64,000 nucleotides of DNA from Trueperaceae bacterium (GCA_965214405.1 OZ243956.1:4128001-4192000), one strand, 5' to 3'. Positions 39,151 to 49,394 are shown, counted from the first letter of the stretch. Notes: generated from the letters alone by a model not told the origin. Numbers and translations: made by a program.

Positions 39151-40806
39151 ATGACCAAACCAGCCATCCTCACCGTTGACGACGACCCCCAGGTGCTAGG
39201 CGCGGTGGCGCGCGACCTGCGGCGCAAGTACGGGGGCGACTACCGTATCCTGCGGGCGGAGTCGGGCGCGGCGGCGCTCGAGACCGTCCGCGAGCTCAAG
39301 CGCCGCGACGAGCCCGTGGCGCTGCTTTTGGCCGACCAGCGGATGCCGCGGATGAACGGGGTCGAGTTTTTGACCGACGCCATGACCCTTTTCCCTGACG
39401 CCAAGCGCGCGCTTTTAACCGCCTACGCCGACACCGACGCGGCGATTGGGGCCATCAACCAGAGCAGAATTCACTACTATCTGCTCAAACCCTGGGACCC
39501 GCCCGAAGAGCGGCTTTATCCGGTGCTGGACGACCTTCTGGACGACTGGCAAGCGGGCTACCGTCCGACGTTCAAGGGGATTCACGTGATTGGCAACCGC
39601 TGGTCACCGGCCTCACACGACCTGCGCGATTTTTTGGCGCGGAGCGGGGTGCCCTACCGCTGGCTCGACGTCGAGGGGGAGGAGGCGGCGGAAAGGCTCG
39701 AGCTGGCCGGGCTTACCCCGGATGATTTGCCCGTGGTTTTGTTCGAAGACGGGACGGCGCTTGCTAAACCAACGGCGCTCGAGGTCGCGCAGCGCGCGGG
39801 TCTCGACACCCAACCGGGGGGCTCCTTTTACGATCTCGTCATCGTCGGCGCGGGTCCCGCGGGGCTCGCCGCGGCGGTCTACGGCGCGTCGGAGGGGCTG
39901 GGGGTGGTGCTCCTAGACGGCGAGGCCCCCGGCGGTCAGGCGGGCACCTCGTCGCGCATCGAGAACTATCTGGGCTTTCCCGCGGGGCTCTCGGGGGGCG
40001 ATTTAGCCCGGCGCGCGGTCACGCAGGCGCGGCGCTTCGGCGCGGAAATTATCGCCCCGCGCGAGGTTGAGCGCGTGACAACGGACGGCCCCTACAAAAT
40101 TGTGGCGCTAAAAGACGGCGACGCGTTGCGGTGTCACGCGCTCGTGATTGCCACGGGCGTGTCTTACCGCAAGCTCGACATCCCCGGTTTGGAAGGGCTC
40201 ACAGGCGCGGGCGTCTACTACGGCTCCTCGATGGCGGAGGCGGCGGCCTGCCGCGATGAGGACGTGTTCATCGTCGGCGCGGGCAACTCGGCGGGGCAGG
40301 CGGCGATGTATTTGTCAGGGCACGCGCGCTCGGTCACGATGGTGGTGCGCGGGAAGAGCCTGAGCGCGAAGATGTCGCAGTACCTGGTGGACCAAATTGA
40401 GGCGGTGCCCAATATCACTGTAAAGCTCGAGACCGAAGTGACCGAAGTCTTCGGCAACGGCAGGCTGGAAGCGCTCACCCTCACCCGCCGCGGTGAAGAC
40501 GGGGACGAACACGAGCGGGTGGAGGGGAGTTCGCTGTTCATCTTTATCGGCGCGTCGCCGCGGACGGACTGGTTGGAGGGAACCGTGGCGCGCGACCCGC
40601 GCGGGTTTATCCTCACCGGGGCCAATGGAACGCCGAAGGGGTGGCCCTTAGAGCGTGACCCCTATTTGCTCGAGGCGAGCGTGCCCGGCGTGTTCGCCGC
40701 GGGCGACGTGCGCGCGGCCTCGGTCAAGCGCGTGGCCTCGGCGGTGGGCGAGGGCTCGATTGCGGTGCAGTTCGTCCACCAGTATTTAGCTGAGGCGGGC
40801 GCGTGA
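39151..40806 (+). CDS. Receiver domain fused to thioredoxin-reductase-like FAD oxidoreductase
   Basis: VDDD...LADQRMP...KPW receiver; GAGPAG, IENYLGFP, GAGNSAGQAA, AAGDVR; no CxxC (GVYYGSS). Confidence 0.92.
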   Translation: MTKPAILTVDDDPQVLGAVARDLRRKYGGDYRILRAESGAAALETVRELKRRDEPVALLLADQRMPRMNGVEFLTDAMTLFPDAKRALLTAYADTDAAIGAINQSRIHYYLLKPWDPPEERLYPVLDDLLDDWQAGYRPTFKGIHVIGNRWSPASHDLRDFLARSGVPYRWLDVEGEEAAERLELAGLTPDDLPVVLFEDGTALAKPTALEVAQRAGLDTQPGGSFYDLVIVGAGPAGLAAAVYGASEGLGVVLLDGEAPGGQAGTSSRIENYLGFPAGLSGGDLARRAVTQARRFGAEIIAPREVERVTTDGPYKIVALKDGDALRCHALVIATGVSYRKLDIPGLEGLTGAGVYYGSSMAEAAACRDEDVFIVGAGNSAGQAAMYLSGHARSVTMVVRGKSLSAKMSQYLVDQIEAVPNITVKLETEVTEVFGNGRLEALTLTRRGEDGDEHERVEGSSLFIFIGASPRTDWLEGTVARDPRGFILTGANGTPKGWPLERDPYLLEASVPGVFAAGDVRAASVKRVASAVGEGSIAVQFVHQYLAEAGA

Positions 40807-42212
40807 AGGCCGACTTTACCCACGTAACCGACTTCGCGGGCGCGCCCGAGGCGGAACTTTCGTGGTTCGCGGAGCAGTGTACCGAGCGGCGGCTAAGAGC
40901 GGGCGAGGTGTTTTTCGAGCAGGGCGAGCCGGTGAGCACGCTCCAGGTGGTGCTGGACGGCATCCTCCAACTCACCCGCCGCGAGGGCGGGCAGGAGGTC
41001 ACCTCGTTTACCATCAGCGAAGGCGAAGTGACGGGGCTCCTGCCCTTCTCTCGCATGACGCATTACGGCGCGCGGGGCGTCGCGCTCACGCCCGTGTGCT
41101 TGGCTGAATTCAGCGCGTCACATTTTCCCGCGCTCCACCGCCACGCGCCTACGCTCCTCCAGCGCCTCGTCTACTCGATGCTTGACCGCACCCGCGAATA
41201 CACCCGCTTGGGCGAACAGCGCGAACGGCTCGTGTCGCTGGGGACGATGGCGGCGGGTTTGGCGCACGAACTCAACAACCCCGCCTCGGCGGCCAAACGC
41301 GCGGCGCAGACGCTTGAAAAAACGCTTCAGGCTTTTGACGAGCACTCCTCTAGCGTTCTCAAAGAAGTTTTCTTCGAAGCTCCTCTTAAAGCGTCCGCAG
41401 ACGATCCCTTCGCGCCCATTTACGAGGCGATGACGCTGGAGGGTCCAGAAAACACGCTCGAGCGGGGTGATTTAGAAGACGACCTCGCCGACTGGCTCGA
41501 AAGCCACGATATCAACGAACCCTGGGAGGCCGCCGCCACGCTCGTCGCGGGCGGCTTGTCGCGCGAGGTGATAGAGCCTTTGGCCCAAAAAATGGTGCCG
41601 GAGCGGGTGCGGAATTTTCTCGAGTGGGTGCCCAAAGATGTCGAGATGCGGCTCCTGGCGCGGGAGCTGTTAGAAAGCACCAAGCGCATCTCCGACTTAG
41701 TCGGCGCGATGAAGGCGTACTCGTACATGGACAAAGGAGTTGAGCGAAAGCCCTTAGACCTCGCCAAGGGGATAGACGACACGCTCACCATCCTCAACCA
41801 TAAAATCAAAGGGAAAGACCTGACCATCGTGAAAGATTACGCCGATCTCCCGCTCGTGCCCGCTTACGGTGGCGAACTCAACCAGGTCTGGACGAATCTT
41901 TTGGACAACGCCGTCTACGCCGCGCCCGAGGGGAGCACGCTGACGGTGCGGACGCGGCTCGACACCCACGGCAATGCGGCCTGCGTGGAAGTTATTGACC
42001 ACGGCCCGGGCATCCTCGAGGAGGTCCAGCACCGCATTTTCGAGCCCTTTTTCACCACCAAGGGCGTGGGCGAGGGCACGGGGTTGGGTTTGGACATCGC
42101 CCACCGCATCGTCACGAAACGACACCTGGGCACCCTGCGCGTCTCTTCCAAGCCGGGAGAAACCCGTTTCGAGGTGCGCCTGCCTTTGGAACCAGCCGAG
42201 GGAGGAAGCTGA
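40803..42212 (+). CDS. Soluble histidine kinase with N-terminal cNMP-binding domain
   Basis: AHELNNP H-box; NQVWTNLLDNA, DHGPG, FFTTK and GTGLGL boxes. Confidence 0.92.
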   Translation: MKADFTHVTDFAGAPEAELSWFAEQCTERRLRAGEVFFEQGEPVSTLQVVLDGILQLTRREGGQEVTSFTISEGEVTGLLPFSRMTHYGARGVALTPVCLAEFSASHFPALHRHAPTLLQRLVYSMLDRTREYTRLGEQRERLVSLGTMAAGLAHELNNPASAAKRAAQTLEKTLQAFDEHSSSVLKEVFFEAPLKASADDPFAPIYEAMTLEGPENTLERGDLEDDLADWLESHDINEPWEAAATLVAGGLSREVIEPLAQKMVPERVRNFLEWVPKDVEMRLLARELLESTKRISDLVGAMKAYSYMDKGVERKPLDLAKGIDDTLTILNHKIKGKDLTIVKDYADLPLVPAYGGELNQVWTNLLDNAVYAAPEGSTLTVRTRLDTHGNAACVEVIDHGPGILEEVQHRIFEPFFTTKGVGEGTGLGLDIAHRIVTKRHLGTLRVSSKPGETRFEVRLPLEPAEGGS

Positions 42213-42523
42213 TGACGGATTCCGGCACGAACGCTAACAAAAATCCCGCACAAAACTCTCGCGTCACCCTTTACGGCACCGCCTGGTGCGAGGTTGCGAG
42301 GGACTTGCGCATCTACCTCACGCAGCAAAAAGTTGACTATACGTTTCTAAACGTCGAGAACAACCCCCAGGACGAGGCGGCGGCCCTGACCATGAACGAG
42401 GGCAAATACAGCGTGCCCGTGCTCGTCGTCGGGGAGAGGACGATGCGCAACCCCGATTTAGGTGTGCTGGGGCGCGAACTGCGTAAACAAGGTTTACTGG
42501 AGGACGACAATGGCAACCGATAA
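42212..42523 (+). CDS. Glutaredoxin/NrdH-like protein, monothiol
   Basis: LYGTAWCEVA...SVPVLVVG motif. Confidence 0.8.
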   Translation: MTDSGTNANKNPAQNSRVTLYGTAWCEVARDLRIYLTQQKVDYTFLNVENNPQDEAAALTMNEGKYSVPVLVVGERTMRNPDLGVLGRELRKQGLLEDDNGNR

Positions 42524-42791
42524 AGCGTGTGAACATTTTGAGAACCTGAGCCCTATCACACCGAGTGGGACGGGCTGCAAGGAATGCCTGGAGATGGGCG
42601 ACACCTGGGTCCATTTGCGTGAGTGCCTGGTGTGTGGTCACGTGGGCTGCTGCGACTCGTCCAAAAACAAGCACGCGACGAAGCACTTTCACGCCACAGA
42701 ACACCCGGTCGTCAGATCTTTTGAGCCGGGGGAAAACTGGGGCTGGTGCTACGTGGACGAGCTTTTGGTGCCTTCTTTAGACCCACAGTAG
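42510..42791 (+). CDS. Stand-alone UBP-type zinc finger protein
   Basis: CEH...CKEC...WVHLRECLVCGHVGCCDSSKNKHATKHF...WCYVD. Confidence 0.9.
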   Translation: MATDKACEHFENLSPITPSGTGCKECLEMGDTWVHLRECLVCGHVGCCDSSKNKHATKHFHATEHPVVRSFEPGENWGWCYVDELLVPSLDPQ

Positions 42792-42852
42792 GGTGAAGCG
42801 CGGGGCTCGAGGCTCAAATAAAGGAGAGAAAGGCGCCAAGGCTGAAGCGTTC

Positions 42853-43173
42853 CTAACGCTGCTTCTTGACCCACGCCAAAAACTTTTCTATCTCCGGCGC
42901 GGCTAAAATAGCCTCGAGGGTGTTGTAGTGCCGCCCCAGCTCTTTTTCGGTAAAGGTCGCGTGCAGCTTTTTGTGGCACGCCCGGCAGAGCCACAGCCCG
43001 CGGTGGGTCATGTCGCTCATGCTGAAGCGCTTTTTGAACCATTTGTTCGTGTGGTTGCGCCGGGGGATGAGGTGGTGAAAAGAGAGCGGCTGCTCGCGCC
43101 CGCACAGTTCGCAGTGGTCGGCTTGGTCGCGTTTTTTGGGTGTGTGAGGCGCATTATAAACTGCGTTTTGCAT
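42853..43173 (-). CDS. Small HNH-like protein
   Basis: CELC...HHLIP...LCRACH motif. Confidence 0.75.
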   Translation of the reverse strand: MQNAVYNAPHTPKKRDQADHCELCGREQPLSFHHLIPRRNHTNKWFKKRFSMSDMTHRGLWLCRACHKKLHATFTEKELGRHYNTLEAILAAPEIEKFLAWVKKQR

Positions 43174-43245
43174 CTCCCAAGATTATCAAACCCGCTTTTT
43201 AGCCTCCGTACCCGACCTTACGGCCTGAACCCGGTAGAGTGAGGT

Positions 43246-43770
43246 GTGGATAAACCGGAACGCTTGGCGCGCAAGACGCTTTACGAAAGCCCCTGGGTCA
43301 CCCTTCACCTGGACCGCGTGCGCTTGCCCAGCGGCACCGTTATCGACGCGCACCATGTGGTCGAGATGCGAACCGCCGTGGCGGCGGTCGTGTGCAACGC
43401 GCAGGGCGACGTGCTCATGGTCAAGCCCATACGTTACGTGACGGGCGGTGACGGCTGGGAAGTGCCGTCGGGCGGTGTGGAGACGGGGGAGACCCCTTTA
43501 GAAGCGGCTTCTAGGGAAGTGCTCGAGGAAACAGGCTACACCACCCTCGAACACGAAGCTCTAGCGCACTACCATCCCTGCAACGGCATCTCCACTCAGG
43601 TCTTTCACGTCGTGCGCTGCCGCGCGGGCACCCTCCAAGGTTCGCCCGACCCCGACGAGGTTGGAGAGGTGCGCTGGGTGAGCGAGGCGGAGGTAAGGGG
43701 GATGATCGGGCGGCTCGAGCTGGGGGACGGTTTCACCCTCACGGCGCTCCTGCTGCACTTTTGGGGGTAA
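43246..43770 (+). CDS. NUDIX hydrolase
   Basis: GGVETGETPLEAASREVLEETG Nudix box. Confidence 0.9.
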   Translation: MDKPERLARKTLYESPWVTLHLDRVRLPSGTVIDAHHVVEMRTAVAAVVCNAQGDVLMVKPIRYVTGGDGWEVPSGGVETGETPLEAASREVLEETGYTTLEHEALAHYHPCNGISTQVFHVVRCRAGTLQGSPDPDEVGEVRWVSEAEVRGMIGRLELGDGFTLTALLLHFWG

Positions 43771-43779
43771 GATAAGCGC

Positions 43780-43968
43780 GTGACGACCTTTACCGTGGGC
43801 GAAGAAGTGCTTTATGACGATGAGCGGTTCGTGATTGCCGGGATTTCCGACGCGCGCCCCTACCAGTACCGCCTGCTCGCAACGACGAAACGGGGCACCA
43901 AGTTTGTGTGGGCCAACGAAAAAGATTTGGAAAAAATACGCGCCTATACCGAGTCGCGGCCTGATTAA
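43780..43968 (+). CDS. Small hypothetical protein (SH3-like beta pattern)
   Basis: Starts 9 nt after the NUDIX stop; plausible composition. Confidence 0.55.
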   Translation: MTTFTVGEEVLYDDERFVIAGISDARPYQYRLLATTKRGTKFVWANEKDLEKIRAYTESRPD

Positions 43969-44039
43969 TCTCACGCAACGAAAGTTTAGGGTAGACATAC
44001 CCTACGAGCACGCGTACCCACGGGCATCAATCATTTGGC

Positions 44040-44150
44040 TTGAGCGCCGATGTTGTGGTGACGGGTGATAAAGCTGACGGGCTTGCGCTCGGCAAGGTGG
44101 TGGGTATTCCTATCATGAACGCAAGGGACTTTCTGGCGCAGCTCCGCTGA
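44040..44150 (+). pseudogene. C-terminal relic of a PIN-domain toxin
   Basis: SADVVVTGDKADGLALGKVVGIPIMNARDFLAQLR* matches the A-D-x-x-V-T-G-D-K...IPI...R-x-F-L tail; no N-terminal part present. Confidence 0.6.
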
Positions 44151-44379
44151 ATGCGCTTTTGCGTTTCTGTCAGGGCGGGACAAGTTAAACCCCCAAGATC
44201 CAATACTTTCTCTTTCACAATCTGATAAACTTATCTCACCGGGGGTGCAGCGGGGTGACGAACTTGTGCGTTCCTTTTAGACGTCGTGTGAGAGGATGAT
44301 GACGCGTGAGCCACACCGCCAACAGACGTTCAGGTAAAACTGTAGACGAAGCCAAAAGTGTGAAGACGACGAAACTCTC

Positions 44380-45354
44380 GTGACGCGCGCTCGAGCCTTG
44401 CCCGAGTTACCCTTTGAAGCGTGGCAAGACACCTGCGAAACGCTTCATATGTGGACGCAAATCGTCGGCAAAATTCGCCTCGCCCAATCCCCCTGGATCA
44501 ACCATTCCTGGCACGCGCCGCTTTATGTGAGCGCTCGAGGGCTCACCACCTCACTCATTCCCTACCCTGTCTCTCATAGTGTCTCTCACGGCGTTTCTCA
44601 TAGCGACCGCGCGTTTGAGATCGTCTTCGATTTTGTGGCGCACCGGCTCCTCGTCAACGTAAGCGACGGAGGGACGGGAGGTTTTAGCTTAGCGCCCATG
44701 TCGGTTGCCGCGTTCTACAAAAAACTTCTTGCAGAACTCGACTCACTCGGGGTGTCCGTACGCATCCACGCGAAACCCAACGAAGTGGCGACCGCGACGC
44801 CCTTTGAAAAGAACACGGCGCACGCGGCTTATGACGAGGCGTACGTTCACCGTTACTGGCAGCTCCTCGTGTGGGCGGAGAGGGTGTTTAACGCGTTTCG
44901 CGCGCGCTACCTAGGCAAGTGCAGCCCGGTGCATCTCTTTTGGGGCGGCTTTGACCTGGCGGTCACGCGCTTTTCGGGCCGGGCCGCGCCGCCTCACCCC
45001 GGCGGTGTGCCCAACCTGCCGCTCTGGGTCACGCGCGAGGCCTACTCGCACGAGGTGAGTAGCTGCGGCTTTTGGCCCGGCAGCAAGGATTTTCCCGAGC
45101 CTCTTTTTTATTCGTACGCCTACCCCGAACCCCCAGGCTTCGCCGAGGCCAAGGTCTCACCGGACGCCTCCTACAACGCCGACTTGGGTGAGTTTATCCT
45201 GCCCTACAAAACGCTGCGCGAGGCGGAAGAGCCCGAGGCGACGCTTCTGGACTTTTTACAGACCACCTACGAAGCCGCGGCCACCTTAGGCGATTGGGAC
45301 CGGGCGGGGCTCGAGCGCACCCTCGACCCCAAGGCCGTCGCCCACTCCACCTAA
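44380..45354 (+). CDS. DUF5996-family protein
   Basis: TLHMWTQIVGKIRLA...NHSWH...SPVHLFWGGFDLAVTRFSG...EAYSHEVSSCGFWPG. Confidence 0.85.
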   Translation: MTRARALPELPFEAWQDTCETLHMWTQIVGKIRLAQSPWINHSWHAPLYVSARGLTTSLIPYPVSHSVSHGVSHSDRAFEIVFDFVAHRLLVNVSDGGTGGFSLAPMSVAAFYKKLLAELDSLGVSVRIHAKPNEVATATPFEKNTAHAAYDEAYVHRYWQLLVWAERVFNAFRARYLGKCSPVHLFWGGFDLAVTRFSGRAAPPHPGGVPNLPLWVTREAYSHEVSSCGFWPGSKDFPEPLFYSYAYPEPPGFAEAKVSPDASYNADLGEFILPYKTLREAEEPEATLLDFLQTTYEAAATLGDWDRAGLERTLDPKAVAHST

Positions 45355-45472
45355 GGCGAAGAGGGGAGAGCCCTCGACTTTAGCTTTTCACTCACCACTC
45401 ATCACTCACCACTCGGCACTTCCTACCCCACCCCCCGCGCAACACAAGCATCCAAAACCCAGAGGAGAAGCG

Positions 45473-47191
45473 ATGGCCGACTACATCAGTCAACCGTGTA
45501 ACGAAGGGGTCGTTCGCGCGGGCAAGCACGACGGGGCGCACAAGGAAAACGCGCGCACCTGGGTGTTGGCCGCGACGATTTTAGGCACCAGCCTCGCCTC
45601 CATTACGACCTCGGCGGTCAACGTGGCGCTGCCCAACTTGCAGAGCGCCCTGGACACGACGCTCGTCAACGCGCAGTGGGTGGTCAACGCCTACACGCTT
45701 CTTTTGGCCGCGCTCATCTTGCTGGGCGGCTCGCTGGGCGACCGCTACGGGCGCAAACGTATTTATGTGATTGGCACCATCATTTTTGGCGCGGCGTCGG
45801 TGTGGTGCGCTCTGGCGCCCGGCGTGGGAGGGCTTATCGCGGCGCGGGCGGTGCAGGGGATCGGTGCGGCGCTCCTGACGCCGGGCTCGCTCGCCATTAT
45901 CAGCGCGGCCTTTCCCGAGGGCGAGCGGGGCAAGGCCATCGGCCTGTGGTCGGGCTTTACCGCCATCACCACGGCGGCGGGGCCGGTCTTGGGCGGGTTC
46001 GTGACCGACGCGCTCTCGTGGCGCTGGGTCTTCTGGATGGTGGTACCGGTCGCCGTGCTGGTCGTCCTCATCACGCTCTGGCGCGTGCCCGAAAGCCGCG
46101 ACGACGAGGTCACGGGCGGGCTCGACTATTGGGGCGCGCTGTTGGCGACGCTCGGGCTGGCGGGGCTCACCTTTGGGCTCTTGCACTCGTCGAACACGTC
46201 GTGGGTGGACCCGCTGGTGCTGGGCTCGTTGGCGCTGGGAGTCGCGTGTCTGGGCGCGTTCGTGTGGGCCGAAGGGCGCGTGTCGGGGCCGATGATGCCG
46301 CTTAAACTCTTTCGCTCGAGCACCTTCGCGGGCGCAAACCTTCTCACGCTGCTCCTCTACGCCGCGCTGGGCGCGGCGCTCTTTTTTCTGCCCTACCACT
46401 TTCAGCGGGTGCAGGGCTACTCTGCAACGACGACGGGGCTCGCGCTGCTGCCGATGATTGTGCTCATGACCCTCCTCGCCCGCTGGGCGGGGGGGCTCGT
46501 GGACCGGGTGGGCGCGCGCTTGCCGCTGGTGGTGGGGCCGTCCGTCGTGGCGGTCGGCTTCGCGCTGCTCGCGCTGCCCGGCATCAACGCCAACTACTGG
46601 CTCACCTTTTTCCCGGCGCTCCTGACGCTGGGTTTGGGCTTGGCGGTCAGCGTCGCGCCCCTCACCACGACCGTAATGAACGCCGTGCCGACGCACCAGG
46701 CGGGCACCGCCTCGGGCATCAACAACGCGGCGGCGCGGCTCGCCAACCTGCTCGCGGTCGCGGTTTTCGGCGTGGTGATTCTGCTCGTCTTTAACCCGAG
46801 CTTGAGCGGGCGGCTTGAGCCCCTCACCCTCCCCCAAAGCGCAACGGAAACGCTTCTCGCGGAACGCGGCGAACTCGCCAACATGAATATACCCGAGGGC
46901 CTGCCCGAGGAGACGCAAGAAGAGGTCGAGGCGGCCATCCAAGGCGCTTTCGTCCGGGGCTTCCGTTTTGTCACCCTGGCCTGCGCCGGACTCGCGGCGG
47001 CGAGCGCAGGAACCGCGTTTTTTACCATTAAAGACACCCGCAAAAAAGACGAAAGCACGAGTAAAGAAGTTTCTAAAGACGACCGCTCTCAAGGCAAAGC
47101 TAAGGACAAAGCTAAGGACAAGGCTAAGGAAGGCTCCAAAAACAGGGCCACAGGGAAAGGCGCGGGAGGAAAAAAGAAGCCAAAGGCGTGA
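45473..47191 (+). CDS. MFS transporter, DHA2 family
   Basis: GSLGDRYGRKR, RAVQGIGAALL, GPVLGG motifs; many TM segments. Confidence 0.92.
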   Translation: MADYISQPCNEGVVRAGKHDGAHKENARTWVLAATILGTSLASITTSAVNVALPNLQSALDTTLVNAQWVVNAYTLLLAALILLGGSLGDRYGRKRIYVIGTIIFGAASVWCALAPGVGGLIAARAVQGIGAALLTPGSLAIISAAFPEGERGKAIGLWSGFTAITTAAGPVLGGFVTDALSWRWVFWMVVPVAVLVVLITLWRVPESRDDEVTGGLDYWGALLATLGLAGLTFGLLHSSNTSWVDPLVLGSLALGVACLGAFVWAEGRVSGPMMPLKLFRSSTFAGANLLTLLLYAALGAALFFLPYHFQRVQGYSATTTGLALLPMIVLMTLLARWAGGLVDRVGARLPLVVGPSVVAVGFALLALPGINANYWLTFFPALLTLGLGLAVSVAPLTTTVMNAVPTHQAGTASGINNAAARLANLLAVAVFGVVILLVFNPSLSGRLEPLTLPQSATETLLAERGELANMNIPEGLPEETQEEVEAAIQGAFVRGFRFVTLACAGLAAASAGTAFFTIKDTRKKDESTSKEVSKDDRSQGKAKDKAKDKAKEGSKNRATGKGAGGKKKPKA

Positions 47192-47392
47192 GTTTTACTT
47201 TGTGAATTTCGCTATACGCCCAGGTACAACCGACCGGACTGTATAGACATTGCTCTTGAATGATGACTCAACCTCACGACCTATCACAAAGCCAGCGCCT
47301 TGAACTCTCCTTTCTTCCTACTTCTTGCTTCTCCCGCCCAACCCTCGAGCTCACCCCAAACTCACCTCTAAACCCATTAGGGAGACCAACGC

Positions 47393-48100
47393 GTGACTTT
47401 TTACTCGCCCGACACACAGGTTTTGTTTGACGACCTCTACCTCCTCCCGCAAAAAGGTGCCGTCTCGGGCGGAACCGGACGCCCGCCAAACTCTTACGCG
47501 GTTCTTTTAGACGGCGGCAGCGTGCTTTTCGACGCGCCCTATACCTGGGTCTTACAAGGCGTGCGGGCCTTGGCGGACGCGGGTCATCCGCCCCGTGCGC
47601 TCGTGCTCTCGCACCGCAACGTCGCGGGGCAGGGCGACGCGTTTGCCGAGCTGAGAGACGCCTACGGCCTCACCGTCTTTCTTCATCCCGACGACGCGGC
47701 GCACCCGGAGGCGCGCCGCGCGGGCGTGCGGTTCGAGAATCCGGTAGGAAGTGAGCTTTTGGAAGCGGCAGGGCTCGAGACCATCCCCTTTCCCGGCCAC
47801 ACCGCGGGCTCCATCATGCTCTACTGGCCCGCGCACGGCGGCGTTTTACTGACGGGCGACAGCGCGGTCGGGCCGGGGCCGCGGCAAAACGCCGAGCCCG
47901 CGCGCTTGGAGCGCCCGCTGGGGCCGACTCGAGCGATGACCGACCTTCTGGCCGAAGCGTGGCGCACCTTTACCCTTACCGGCAAACCCTTACGCGCCGT
48001 TCTCCCGCTGCACGGCGCAGCGTACGTGGACCGCGACGACTTAAGCAGCGTCGTGCGCCCGCTTTACGAGGGCGAGCCGATGAATCCGAGTGGTCGATGA
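47393..48100 (+). CDS. Metallo-beta-lactamase-fold hydrolase
   Basis: LSHR, HPDD, PGHTAGS, TGD and LPLHG motifs. Confidence 0.8.
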   Translation: MTFYSPDTQVLFDDLYLLPQKGAVSGGTGRPPNSYAVLLDGGSVLFDAPYTWVLQGVRALADAGHPPRALVLSHRNVAGQGDAFAELRDAYGLTVFLHPDDAAHPEARRAGVRFENPVGSELLEAAGLETIPFPGHTAGSIMLYWPAHGGVLLTGDSAVGPGPRQNAEPARLERPLGPTRAMTDLLAEAWRTFTLTGKPLRAVLPLHGAAYVDRDDLSSVVRPLYEGEPMNPSGR

Positions 48101-48383
48101 GCACGTTGCGCCGCCTTATCGACTAGGGCGTTACGTGGGGGATTGGCGCACAATCCTCACCGTCACGCTGCAGCCAGGTGGGGCGCACGCGGCGCTCTAC
48201 AACCGATCGGGTGAGCCTGCTGAAAGAGGCTCTGCGAACCTTTTGTACAGTTCGTAATTGCGTCTTGGCCCCTACCCCCAGACGTGCGTCCGGGTTCAAA
48301 TACACCTGCGGCGCGTCACAGTACGAGAGTAACGTGCCAGTGCGATATAAAGTTTTGGAACATCCTGTTTAGGAGGGAGACGT

Positions 48384-48569
48384 ATGGGACCTATTCTCTA
48401 CTCGCTCGGCATCATCTTCATCATTTTAGGCATCGTCGGCGTGGTATGGTTCGGAACCGCCGAACGCAAACGGAGTTATTCAACCTATGGCCGCGCCTCG
48501 ATGTGGCTTTTAGGCGCGGGCGTGCTGCTTCTCATCGTGGGGCTGGTCGTCGCCAGTAACCTCTTCTAA
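48384..48569 (+). CDS. Small two-TM membrane protein
   Basis: AGGAGG RBS; two hydrophobic helices. Confidence 0.7.
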   Translation: MGPILYSLGIIFIILGIVGVVWFGTAERKRSYSTYGRASMWLLGAGVLLLIVGLVVASNLF

Positions 48570-48740
48570 CCAGTATCCCCTGGTTGCCTACGCCTTACTG
48601 GGTACAGCTTGCAGTAGACGGCTTTCTTACACAAGCGGTAGTTGGAGTTGTTGCGAAATTGCTTCTTTTAGGCTCGGGGTCCTAACCCCCGCCTACGCCG
48701 TAGGTGTAGCTTTACTGTGTCACGGATGTTTCATGAGGCC

Positions 48741-48769
48741 TTGGCAAACGGGGTTAAGCTTGCTATACT
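48741..48769 (+). promoter_or_regulatory. tRNA promoter
   Basis: TTGGCA-17 bp-TATACT. Confidence 0.7.
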
Positions 48770-48781
48770 CCGAAGTCGTTT

Positions 48782-48857
<76 letters not shown>

Positions 48858-48875
48858 TAGAAAAGCGTCAGAGAC

Positions 48876-48926
48876 AGAATAAATACCTCCTCGATACACT
48901 AAGCTTATCGAGGAGGTATTTATTCT
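48876..48926. terminator. Perfect 21-bp inverted repeat after the tRNA
   Basis: AGAATAAATACCTCCTCGATA-9 nt-TATCGAGGAGGTATTTATTCT, between the tRNA and the convergent toxin gene. Confidence 0.7.
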
Positions 48927-49019
48927 CACTTACCTTCACACTTACTATACGTGTTAATGTAAACGCGCTTCTTCGTCGTGCTTTCGCCCGCCGCTCTCCG
49001 CGCCATAAAAACTCCCTCG

Positions 49020-49394
49020 TTAAGATTGCCGAATCATGCCGACCAATCCTTGCTCAATCGGTCTATACGCTTCTTCAGTTAGGTTGCCTACGCGCTTAAT
49101 GATGCGCCGCAAGTCAACACCACGCACATGGTCCAAAAGTGCTGTGGATGGCTGAGTTAGACCCCCAGCCCCTACAGGTAAGGTGGGATAAAGCGTAGGG
49201 TTCTCGGTCACCCATGTTCCCTCCGCAGTTGTGAGCGGCACCACCAGCACCATCGGATAACGCGGTACACCTAACCGCGTGGGTAAACCCGCGACGACAG
49301 CGGGCCGCCGCCCTTCCTGCTCGCGGCCTGGGGGTACGTGTTGAGGAAACGAGACAATCAAAATGTCACCCAGTTGCAGAGGTGTTGCCTTCAA
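49020..49394 (-). CDS. PemK/MazF-family toxin
   Basis: GDILIVSFP...GREQEGRRPAVV...VVPLTT...DHVRGVD. Confidence 0.92.
   Translation of the reverse strand: MKATPLQLGDILIVSFPQHVPPGREQEGRRPAVVAGLPTRLGVPRYPMVLVVPLTTAEGTWVTENPTLYPTLPVGAGGLTQPSTALLDHVRGVDLRRIIKRVGNLTEEAYRPIEQGLVGMIRQS

Noticed and set aside
45581..47092. 503-aa minus-strand ORF (and similar ORFs such as 20003-20845 and 3048-3785)
   Set aside because: Antisense shadows of GC-rich genes with low-complexity Arg/Ala composition.
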